Part shown: in pieces, positions 25,901-36,700 of the stretch
Position numbering within the stretch: the stretch's first letter is position 1
Layout of the letters: each line of letters opens with the position of its first letter
Assembly (NCBI RefSeq): GCF_040938485.1
Contig: NW_027271504.1
Location: 2,418,001-2,482,000 of the forward strand
DNA length: 64,000 nucleotides
Reading direction: 5' to 3'
Origin: Diadema antillarum
Taxonomy: Eukaryota
The notes under the pieces: model-generated
Seen by the model: only the letters and a program-made list of their open reading frames with translations
The model's database searches: none
Told to the model about the DNA's origin: nothing
Position numbers and translations under genes: made by a program

Positions 25901-27372
25901 AGTTATAACGAAACTTCGATATAACGAAAGATAACTGCTTGTCCCGAAGACTTTGTTATAATGGGAATCCACTGCATTGTATCAAGTTGGTGAAATGTAG
26001 ACTTTTTATAAAGTTGATTCACTTCAGTAGATCATTTAATTAAGTACAGTGGACTCCCATTATAGTGAAGTCCTTGGGACCTGCAGTTTTCTTTCGTTAT
26101 ATCAAAATTTCATTATAACCGAACAAACAAACAGTAAACAAACATAGAGCCGATAATTTTGCAACCTGGATTTTTATTTTGTTGGAACCGGAATTCCATT
26201 ATAACCGTGTTCGTTTTAACGGGAGTGCACTGAATATGTGATGCAAAGTTGTTTTTTCGTAAGCTTAGTGGAGGTGGTGCTGATGAGATCATAGTGAGCT
26301 ATAGATCTGCAATGCTAATCCTATGAGGCAGCAGTATTTGGCACATTGGCCAGACATATGTTTCAATTGTCCACCCTAGGAGGAGATGCATTGTAAATGT
26401 CGCAGATCTAATGCTCACTATTGGCCGACACAGAATTTTGTGTTCTTGACATTTTTTAACTAATGGTGATGAAAGAGATGATGTGTTTTGCTGATAGGAA
26501 TACATGTATGCAGAATATCCTTATCATGGTTTTGAAACACTTTTTGGGAATCCAATTCCTCAAAACATTGCAAACCCTTTAGATGGAACATTCTGTAACT
26601 TTCTTTCCTGACCAGTCATTTTGCACACAGAGATACAGAAGGTAATTTGGTAATTCAGGCATGGTCAATCTGACATGAATTACTTGAAATTACATAAGTC
26701 TTAGATCAAATACTGTCTCAGCTGGAGTAAATTGTCTGACCACTGTTTGAAAAGTGTGTGGTGATTGTATCATACAAGTTCAGTTATTGTAGAAGTAAAA
26801 ACTAATCATTTGGTCCCAGTAGATTTCTCTCAAAAGGAGAGCTGACTGCACTGAGTGTATCAGATCTCTACCCAGGGTCACCCCTTTTGTGGCACTCAAT
26901 AGGACAAGCTGTGTATGCTTTTGGCACTAACCTTCATCCATCTCTTTCTTCTCTCAATCCCTGCCCCCCTTGCACACCCACCCGACAATTCTGCACCACC
27001 CCCTTTCCACACCCACCCAACAATTCTGCAATCCCCCCTTTCACACCCAACCGACAATTCTACAACCCTCTCCACCCTTCCTCATTCTTCCATGCCCACT
27101 TCCACCTTCCAAACACACCTCCACTCTTTCACACCCCCTCCATCCTTCCACACCCACCCCATATTTCCACACCCCACTCTTCCCCTCTCCAACCCCATTC
27201 CTCCTCCTATCCTTGGCTGAACAGAGAGGCAGACAATGTGGCCCTGGAGGAGTTACAGTGGTTCAAGCTGCCACTCGACATCCTGGAGAAGATGAAGCAC
27301 TACATGGAGACCCATCGAACCGACGGCGACGGCAGCAACAACTCCAGTGACGTCAACGAGGGCTGCGAGTGA
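18310..27372 (+). CDS. DNTTIP1: Deoxynucleotidyltransferase terminal-interacting protein 1 (MiDAC/HDAC1 complex subunit), 371 aa, 10 coding exons
   Basis: Exons 18310-18390, 19001-19089, 19678-19783, 20413-20511, 20919-21077, 22409-22480, 23203-23378, 24711-24771, 25561-25685, 27225-27372 sum to 1116 nt in frame. Recognised motifs: RKGRPP, KREGPKWDPGRL, FVMGAKANKALGLGATRGRLYIKHPELFKYAGD, MPATGGKAY, LEKMKHYMET. The start codon is inferred. Confidence 0.93.
18499..18647. mobile_element. Tigger/pogo-like MITE (degenerate)
   Basis: CAGAGGACTCCCGTCATAAC...ATAATGGGAGTGCACTG|TA; same family as 26047-26232. Confidence 0.6.
21870..22007. mobile_element. PIF/Harbinger-like MITE
   Basis: TIR GGGGGCATTTCATGAAGCA / TGCTTCATGAAATACCCCC with a 3-bp CTG duplication on both sides. 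Confidence 0.75.
22570..22697. mobile_element. PIF/Harbinger-like MITE
   Basis: TIR GGCCCTGTTGCATAAAA / TTTTATGCAACAGGGCC. The TSD is not preserved on the right. Confidence 0.65.
22841..22914. repeat. (GT)37 microsatellite
   Basis: Uninterrupted GT dinucleotide run in a DNTTIP1 intron. Confidence 0.95.
23490..24015. repeat. Interspersed repeat fragment; related copy at ~1665-1850
   Basis: Shares TTGGTGAAA...GATAATCAGTT...GTCCTGTC...GTCTTACCCC...TGGCATGTCAAAG..AAAG...ATCCCATTT with the PRODH intron copy. Boundaries are approximate. Confidence 0.5.
24017..24224. mobile_element. CTGTAAAA-type MITE
   Basis: GTGTAAAACA...TGTTTTACAG termini; internal sequence close to 5703-5916. Confidence 0.7.
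25790..25974. mobile_element. Tigger/pogo-like MITE, copy 1 of an inverted pair
   Basis: TA|CAGTGTAGACCCGTTAAAACG...TATAATGGGAATCCACTG; aligns with the reverse complement of 26047-26232. Confidence 0.75.
26047..26232. mobile_element. Tigger/pogo-like MITE, copy 2 of an inverted pair
   Basis: TA|CAGTGGACTCCCATTATA...TTTTAACGGGAGTGCACTG. Confidence 0.75.
26980..27215 (+). repeat. C-rich ~34 bp minisatellite/low-complexity tract
   Basis: CACACCCACCC(G/A)ACAATTCTGCA..CCCCCTTTC three times, followed by degenerate CA/CCC-rich sequence up to the last DNTTIP1 acceptor. Confidence 0.75.
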
Positions 27373-29337
27373 GGGCGCTAACAGAGAGAGACACACACAC
27401 AGGATAAAATGTAGCTAAAGACAGCACTGAGAAGATTGCCTCATTCGTCCCTGCCAGAAGTCCAGGTGATGTCAGTCAGGAAAGTAGGCATTGCAGCTGC
27501 CAAGCATTTGCAGGATTTTGTCACTCACGATGCTTTGCTTAAAGTGAGTTTTCCCCCCTCTTTCTACATGCAGAACTTTGTTAAGGGGAAGATTTTTTTT
27601 TTAATTTTTTGTACAGTTGTATGTCTTTTTTTATTTTAAACAGAATGATGACTGCCGAAGTGCAGTCTTGTAATATGTTTATGTGCAATGCAATGAGACC
27701 TGTATTAGAAATGTGTAGGTTTTCAAGGGGCATGACAGCTAGTGTGAAAAGTTCGGAGTTTCGCGTGCATGAGTTATACAAGCATGGTGTACGGGTAAAT
27801 GTGTTTATGTAAAGTTGTCATACAACTTGTTACAGTAGTGAAATACAAACTAGCTTGAACGCACACAAAGTAGACTGATGTGGAACACAATTTTGTATGT
27901 TTGTTGAGTTTATGACCAGGTGATAAAGCTTTGAAAACAAAGTGCCTGCCAGAATAAGCACTCTTCAAAATTTTAGTGTATTTTATCAGATTAAGAGAAT
28001 TAAAAATTGACTCGGATACAATCAATTTTGCACGAGTTGAATTTATTGGGTACTGGAGAATAAGCCTCCACTGAGGTAATATTCAACTGAAATATGTGAT
28101 GGGGCGTAACACACACTTATCATAATTTCACTCCGCCAACTTGTGCAGAGTTCATTGTACTTTCTTGCGACATGGGATCAGTTGGGCTCCCACACAAAGC
28201 AGTCAGGTACATGTAATATACAATACCAATTTTCTGAAACACAGTCAGCCTTGCACAAGTAGAAGTATGCTAGATATGGCTCCTCTTCATTTTGTAATGG
28301 CTTAGCTGGTCAGGTCTACAGTTTTCTGTTTCTGTAATACTGTGACTGTATTGTTTGTTCTTTTAATTTCAAAGGATCTTCACATAGAATGCTTCTCTAT
28401 CATTCCCAATGATATTAGCTCAAAAGTAGGAAAGAAACGGCAATTCCCAAAGAAGGTGTGTATTAAAATCATCCAGAAAAATGGGAAACTCGTACTGAAA
28501 CGAGAGCAGGAAATGGTCAAAATTCACATTCTTTCCTCCAAAATCAGAGTAGTTGGGACGTCTGAACAGTGAATTAGTTTGGGTCAGCAACCTGACCTAG
28601 TGTGCATGGTAGAAATTAGTATCATCAGGAAGACCCTTATTTACAACTTTGATTTAAATCTCCTTTTCGAAACTCCACGGGAAGGTTAGTCCTGCTTCAA
28701 ATTCAGAAAAGCAGTGATGTTTCCAGAATGAATTAAAAAAAAAATGCTGAGTGATCAGAAAAGAAGAGTTTGCTTCTTTGTGATTTTAAGTTAATCTCCT
28801 TAAAAAGAAAGAAAAAATACTGTGTGATCAAACAAGAAATGTTTGTTTCTTCTTTGTCATTCTAAGCTAACCAATCTGACCCCTCTTGCTACTTTCAGTA
28901 CACATTATTCGGCACAATCTGTCAAAAAGGTTTTCAGGATAATGAATCGAGTAATGTTCAAGGAAAGTTTAAATACTGTATCATTATTGAAAGCAAATCA
29001 TGCGGACAATAAGACAACGCAAAGTAGCAATCTCATGCACTGTAAGAGTGGATATTTTTGTGTGAGTAACATTTCGAGCTTGGCTGGGTTAGATGAATTT
29101 TGCATGTTTTTCATTTCACGGGATCAGGAAATTAACTATTATAAAATGGGTTTTAGTATCTCTGCTACCGGATTGTTCAATTGTCATGCACTGATTTTTA
29201 CTGATCCACACTGAGCCATGCGTCCGGTAAAATCCGAACGCATGGCTCAAGTCTTGTATAGTGTTGTAGGTGTAGCGGACGCACGATGGGGAAAATGGTT
29301 GTATTTTATGAATTTACGGGCCCATTTTATAACACAA

Positions 29338-29496
29338 ATGATGCACAGGCCTATTTCCTGGATCAGTGAGAATTGGATGTTTACGTTTAACTTTGAAACA
29401 GTCTAAAACCTACTCGCTGCGCTCGTGGGTTTAAACAGTTCCAAAGTTAAACTCACGCATCCTATTCTCACCGATCCACTCTGTCCTGTGCATCAT
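29338..29496. repeat. ~160 bp imperfect palindrome
   Basis: ATGATGCACAGG..TGGATCAGTGAGAATTGGATG..TTTAACTTTG is mirrored around a central CTCGCTGCGCTCG. Confidence 0.75.
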
Positions 29497-30547
29497 ACTG
29501 GAACACGTGACATGTAAAAATATCAGCATGCTTTTATCTTCCCACTAGCTTCTGGTTGCGCAAAAATTTCCACTTTTACAGTATATATCGTCTTTTTGTT
29601 TCACAAAAATTGAACATTCCTTGTTTCCATGCTCTATGATGCAAGACATGAACTCTATACTTCACTTGTAAAGTCATCCTGACTTTCAACACTATCAGGG
29701 CTGCTACAAACTGTTCATTGTATGTACCAAATCGTAGGTGTAAATGGAGGATTAATGTTATGTGTGCTAAGTTTAGACTTGGCCAGAAAAGGAATTTACA
29801 ATGTATTAATGCATGTACACGTTGTTTTGTGTAAGATCTTCAGAAATACACTATTTTGCTCTAGAAGATGCCAGTGTCTTTTGTTGATTTGTGCATTTGT
29901 TTCTTGTGTGTGTTTATGCATTTGTAACTGAGAATACAGTTCACATATGTGCATGTACTATTTACTAGATGTTTCTGTGTAATAGAATGTAGGTCCAGTA
30001 ATCAGGACCTCAAGTGACGTACACTTCTATGATAGCTCCACGTTGTCCAAGATTTGACTTGGCCAAGTCGGATGAAAGAGCCTTAGGTTGCTGATAAGTC
30101 TTTGGTGTCTGCAGTATATACAGCAAAAAGACAAAAAAATAAAAAAATAAATAAATAGATCAACACCACCACCACCACCTCCAGCATCAACAACAACAAC
30201 ATAGAATACAATGTTGTGACAGGCAGTGAGCATATCATATGAATTCTTACAGCAACTAGTACAATTTTTGATTGTCCTTCATAGCCCCAATATACAACAG
30301 AACTGACTGAAAACACAGTGGACTTTTTCTGAAAGCAAAAGCTTCTTTTAATGATGGTAAATGTATTCTTTGGTGTACATCAAAGAAATATCTCCATGCA
30401 ATATGTACAAGTGTTGACAAAGACACTGTACAGTATGTCAAAAAAAAATTGCAATCGGATTTTCACATTGATAACTCACAACATGATTTAACTATCTAAA
30501 TGCTACTTCAGGGTCTTAAGATATAACATCTTAGCTCTATTTTGCCA

Positions 30548-30765
30548 AAAACCCCATTCAATTCGGTTAAGTGGTCACAGACAAATGTGGATTGTAAAGT
30601 ATGTCATGGGTCTGATTCTTCCAAGTTTAGCACTTGGATGCTCTTGGAACTGCATATTAATGTGTGAACACAATGGACAGAACTTGGAGGGAAGGGATTC
30701 CTGACATGCTATACAAAACTCCTCGTTTCTCTTTGACCACTGAAGCAAATCGAATGGGGTTTTCT
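30548..30765. mobile_element. Degenerate TIR element
   Basis: AAAACCCCATTCAATTCGGTTAAGTGGTCA at the left is mirrored by TGACCACTGAAGCAAATCGAATGGGGTTTT at the right. Confidence 0.5.
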
Positions 30766-31751
30766 GTAAGATGTGGGCAATGAGTTATAGTTTCATACCC
30801 TGTAATTGTATTTGGATTGGTTCACTATTTTCAAAGTTATCATTGTCGAGGGTCCCATTGTAATTTTTTTGGGGACATACGGTAGTTGCATTATTGCATG
30901 AGGGCAGACATTTGAAAAATTGGATTGTACTCCACATGACTGCTGCATGAATATACATTTGCTATGCAGCGACATTAAGGTTTTGTATCTGAAAAAGGTG
31001 GATTTTCAAGAAGTCCAAGTATGACATTAACTTGTATCATTGTATAATAGACACTATAAGAGATGACTATACATCACACACATATTGATACATATACCTA
31101 GAAAAGCATTGAAAAAAAAAAAACAATACAGGCAAACTCTGTCATCGCAATCAAGGATACAGCAAGAATCAATTACAATGTATTACAAAATTTTCCCAGT
31201 ATGGATTTTTTTTTTTTTAGCACACGTCTTTGGCACAACTCACACCAACCTAATTTTGGAGACACTTTAGATTTTACCAGCACGAGAGGAGTTTACTGGT
31301 AAGACTGTCATTTCCCTTGGTTGCTGCTTTGGTTATGAGATTTGGGAAAAAAAGGGGGAAATTCTCAAAATATATGTGTGAGGACTCAAAATTACACGCC
31401 ACACATATCTCATACATAGACTATGTCTCACACAAGACTGTCGTGTATGTTCACTTGAAAGCTTTATAATATATCAATTGAAATGGGTGTAACATTCTCA
31501 CCCTCCCCCATCTCTTTCTACAAGATGTTTACACTCACAGACCCACAAATCAACAGAATAATCATGCTGAATAGTTGGATGATTTTACCATTAGTTTATA
31601 AATCTACAAACTTTTTCTTTTTAAAATACTCTGACGAACCAATATGCTAATGTGACAACTCTCACCTACAAGTTAAAGATAATATACAGTTTTGGTACCT
31701 CAAAAGTTTCCCTGAGTTTCCTTGTCTTAGTTTGTGTTTCAGGTTAAAGTA

Positions 31752-32288
31752 CAGTGCACTCCCGTTATAACGAAATGCTCGGGACCGGCAGTTTTCTTTC
31801 GTTATAACGAAATTTCGTTATAACGGAACAAATACAATGTATAACGAAAACAAGGAACCACGTATATATATCATAGTATGTTTGCTGAATACTCATCATA
31901 CACTGGAAAGCTATGTGAAATGTGATGGGATAACTGTATTACAATAATAAACGCAAGTTCCCCTCAGAAACTGTGCGTGACACAATGAGCAAACACACAG
32001 TGGTGTGAAGTGTTCACCCATGCACAGACGCTATAAATGCTTGTTCCGCTACGCAATATTTTCGAAAGAAATTCGCATTTCGTTATAACGGAGCACATTT
32101 CTTTTGTTTTTCTTTGTTGGTGGCGCTTGGAAAAGACTTCGTTATAACGGAAATTTCGCTATAACCGTGTTCGTTATAAGCAAATTTTGTACCATAGACT
32201 TTAATGGTGATAATTTTGGGACCAGAAGATTTACTTCGTTATAACGAAATTTCGTTATAACTGTGTTCGTTGTAACGGGAGTGCACTG
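31752..32288. mobile_element. Tigger/pogo-like non-autonomous element, 537 bp
   Basis: TA|CAGTGCACTCCCGTTATAACG ... CGTTGTAACGGGAGTGCACTG|TA, with many internal CGTTATAACG motifs. Confidence 0.85.
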
Positions 32289-33728
32289 TACCTTTCATGT
32301 AACTAACACTGTGAGAATTACTCGCCCCAAAATGCTCTCATGTCTTAGTAATCATGCAATAATGGTTTCGTACCAGAGCAGAGCGGGCTCTGAAAAATTC
32401 GAACGAGCCGTTAGTTTGACTCAACGCAGTACCGCGACAATCAATATACACGTATTGTATCTTTAAGGCCTACTGCATGGGAAGTTCTACTTGTGTGTGC
32501 TTATGCAGCAACCTATGGACATCTGTTAAATACAAATTAACAAGATTTCTGTATAACACAAAAATCTATGCAGTCCAGACTATCTCATCATAAGGGGTCT
32601 GCCTGTAGAATATGTTTGTGCAGCTATTCACAGTATACACATAAACAACTAAGGAATACATGTGTAGTCTAGACTACTCTTGTATACGTTGAATATTTCA
32701 ACAGATTTTCTCTTTCGCGAATTTCACAAGTCTGGTGCTATTCATGAATTTAAAGACATGCAAAAATATTGATCCCGACATGAATGTGACATGCATGTGT
32801 ACATTTCTCCATTCAGTCCTGTACTCTACGATCGTGAATGTAACCACTCCTGAAACCATCAGGTAGTCCAAATTCACAAAATATTAGACTAACTTGCTAA
32901 ATATATGGTATATATTCAGTATCTTGTGTCTTATGTTTACTTAGAATACTGAAATCTTTACATCATGACATCACTTTTGGCAAGAGGTTTTCCATGGCAC
33001 TACATAATAATTTATAAACATCAATTGCTCAGTCATGTGTTAAGGGGTTTCTCCTTTTAATTGGTTTGAACTTTAAATAAAACAAGAAGGGAGTTAAAGA
33101 AAAAGGGAACATGCTCTTCTAGGATAACAAACCACAGACATTGGTAAAGTCTCCCTAGTATACAGAATAAGATGGTTGTCACCTTTATTTGTATCCGACA
33201 TGTAGGTAATGGTTATCCCTTCCAGTAAATGGAAATAGTGTCAACGGTGTGGTGTTCATCTGGTTTGTGGCAACACCAATTTCAAATGGCACTGAAAAAT
33301 TATTTCACAACATAATTTTGATAGTAAAAATTAATGATTCTGCGTATTAACATCTGCACAAGTCACTTAATCTAATCTAAACAGTTTGAATACAGTCATA
33401 TACTCAATATAAAAATCCCTATAAAAACTACATGGGATCAGTTTAAATAGTCATTCTTAGTCACGGTAAGATAATTCTAAAGCACACTGTGTACATAAGC
33501 CCACATGATTCTTCCAAAGATTCATATCGTCAAGCAATGGTCACCATCTCTCCAGTGTCTGCATGCTAAAGACATCACTGCTGAGTGAATGGTAGCATCA
33601 ATACTGCAGCACAAAACAATCTGCCATGCCATTAACCATTTTTGAGCCAGTGACTTTGGACAGTGTGTATAATACTGGAGTTTTCTGCATCAAATGACAC
33701 TTAAAAAACACAAAGGGTAAAACTGCAA

Positions 33729-36700
33729 TCAATCTACCCACACTGCAGGTGCGACATCCCTCACAAAGCCAGCATCTTGCATCGATGGAGCTCCCCCAGT
33801 CTCGCCACAGAGGGCAGCATGCACGGCAATACAGCTCTGTGGGTATTCCTCCATGCAAATGGGGCAGGGCACGAGGTCAAAGGTCGTCCCTCCATCACCT
33901 CCCCAAGTCATAGGGTCATCCATGTGACCGAAGGATCCGTCTCCGTAACTCAAACCATGAGGCAAACTCTCATCGCTGCCGCTGCTGTCTAAATCTTGCC
34001 AGTCATGGCTAGCACCCTGCCCCTGACCCCTTCCCCTACCTCTGCCCCTGCTTCTTCCACCTCCAGTGCCACGCCCTCCTGCTGTGGGAATGGTTCGAGG
34101 TGTTGCCAAACCGTATGGCAAAATGTCCCCTCCAGGGATCCACTCGTTGCCGCTATCACTAGAACTGTCTGAATCAAGCCAAGCACTGGAGGATGGGGCA
34201 TTCATGGCTGGGGTTTTCCCTCGCCCCCTTCCCCTTTTGGAACCCCTCCCCCGACCGCCCTGAGCTCTATCCCTTGTGGCTACCCGGTCCTGGTCTGTGT
34301 GTTCACCACCCCATCCATTCCCACCCCTCCCTCTCCCCCTTCCCCTTCCCCTACCCCTTGATCCCCTCTGAGATCCATCAGGAGTCTTCCTTTCACTTTG
34401 GGCCTTCCCAGCCCCACGACCCCTCCCTCTTCTCCCTCGCCCACCCCTTCCAACTGTATTTACATCCTCCATAGTCCCACCTATGGGATCTGGTGTCTGG
34501 CCCTGGAGATCTCCATTATGCTTTGCCACTTTGGGGACCTCGCGGTGCTGTACATTGGAACTGTCTGCGTGTCGCTTGAGATTGTTGAATGAGTTCAGTG
34601 GAGTGGCCTGCTTCTTTCCTCTGCAATCTAAGATGTGGACATTTATCCTGGACGCAGGGTACAATCCTAGACAAAGTAAAGATTCATTGATGGAGGTGTT
34701 GTTATCTGCAGTCAACATTATAAATCTCAAGTAGAAAAGGATTCGTTAATTATACTGCTTATAGCTTGAAATAGACAGCCGCGAAGCAAAGTTGTGTCCA
34801 CATATTTTCTCCAGAGATATGCATACAGTTAAACTCGCCTAAGTCGACGTCGCATATGTTGAATAATCGCTTAAGTCGATGATTTTAAAAAGTCCCAATT
34901 TTTCCCCATTGACTTACGTGTATTAATTCACTCACAAGTTGAATTTTGTAAGTCGAATACTCGCCTAAGTCGATGAAATTCCAAGAACACTTTCACGGAA
35001 AAACCATTAAATTCACTGTGCCTAAGTCGAATAAGATTTTATTGTGTAAAAAATCACTGTCAAAATCACGAGACGCCAGTTTTTGTTTACATAAGACCTA
35101 GCCCGACCACACAGGTGACAAAAAAATGATCTAAAGTATCAAAATTCAAAGCGATCGCATGCGATCGTTGAACTCTCTTCCTGTTTTGAGGTCCGCTGGT
35201 AACAGCCCTGTCGCGCTACGTACGTACAGCGACTGGGCTGTGTATAGTTGTGCGTACAGCGACTGGGCTGTCATAGTCGGTGTATGTTTGCAGTCTGCGC
35301 TGTGCAGTGGAGTGGTATGGATGAAGCTGCTGAGTTGTCAAAGCGGAAAGTAGGGGGAAAGTTACGGGCACGGGTAAATCAGAATTACACCTCTACACGC
35401 ATTTCAAGCCACGGTATGGTAAACTGGAATCAATAACTGCTCAAATATCGTTCATATTCACTTCCCCAAGGTTTAACAAGGGTGTAAAGTAATCGGATCT
35501 GTGCCAATACTAATGCACTGTCCATGCAAAGTTAGCCGCGGCCCTGCCGGGCGACCCGTGCTGCGGCACACCTCTCCAGCTCTCGGCTCCAGGAGTAGAC
35601 AACAAACATGTGTACATTTATACAATGTACGTGTGGTGTAACTGTAAGTCGATGTGTTTTGCTCAGTCCCGAGAAGATCGACTTATGCGAGTTTAACTGT
35701 AATTTTATTTTTGTCCCCGCCGAACGAGTTCGAGCAGGGGACTATGAAACGGGCTCCGTACGTGTGTGTGTCCGTCCGTGCGTCCGTGCGTCCGTCCGTG
35801 TGTCCGTCCGTGTGTGCGTCCGTGTGTGATCAAAATGTTCAAAATGCTACTCCTTCGCCATTTCTAACCCGATTTTGATTCTGTTTGCTTTATATGATAG
35901 CACTACATGGGAGCTTTGAAACTTCTATATAGAATTTCAATTGTGACCTTTGACCTTGACCTTTGACCTATATTGTACATTTTGCTTCAAAATGCTACTC
36001 CTTCGCCATTTCTAACCCGATTTTGATTCTGTTTGCTTTATATGATGGCACTAGGTGAGGGCTTCAAAACTTCTACACAGAATTTTGACCTTTGACTTCT
36101 TTGACCTTTGACCTTGATTTTTACCTATATTGTACATTTTGCTACAAAATGCTACTCCTTCGCCATTTGTAACCCGATTTCAATTCCGTTTGCTTTAAGT
36201 GATGGCACTAGGTGAGGGCTTCAAAACTTCTACACAGAATTTTGACCTTTGACTTCTTTGACCTTTGACCTTGATTTTTGACCTATATTGTACATTGCCT
36301 ACAAAATGCTACTCCTTCGCCATTTCTAACCCGATTTTGATTCCGTTTGCTTTATGTGATGGCACTAGGTGAGGGCTTCAAAACTTCTACACAGAATTTT
36401 GACCTTTGACCTTGATTTTTTTACCTATATTGTACATTGGCTACAAAATGCTACTCCTTTGCCATTTGTAACCCGATTTCAATTCCGTTTGCTTTAAGTG
36501 ATGGCACTAGGTGAGGGCTTCAAAACTTCTACACAGAATTTTGACCTTTGACTTCTTTGACCTTTGACCTTGATTTTTGACCTATATTGTACATTGCCTA
36601 CAAAATGCTACTCCTTCGCCATTTCTAACCCGATTTTGATTCCGTTTGCTTTATGTGATGGCACTAGGTGAGGGCTTCAAAACTTCTACACAGAATTTTG

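Noticed and set aside
30560-30765. Minus-strand frame with CIAC...CPLC resembling a zinc ribbon
   Set aside because: It lies wholly within a degenerate inverted-repeat element, has no partner exons, and is likely chance.
33777-34734. Plus-strand Pro/Ser-rich ORFs overlapping the last XNDC1 exon, and similar ones at 38425-38981 and 39755-40066
   Set aside because: Antisense or alternative-frame shadows of low-complexity coding exons, with no independent splice or promoter support.
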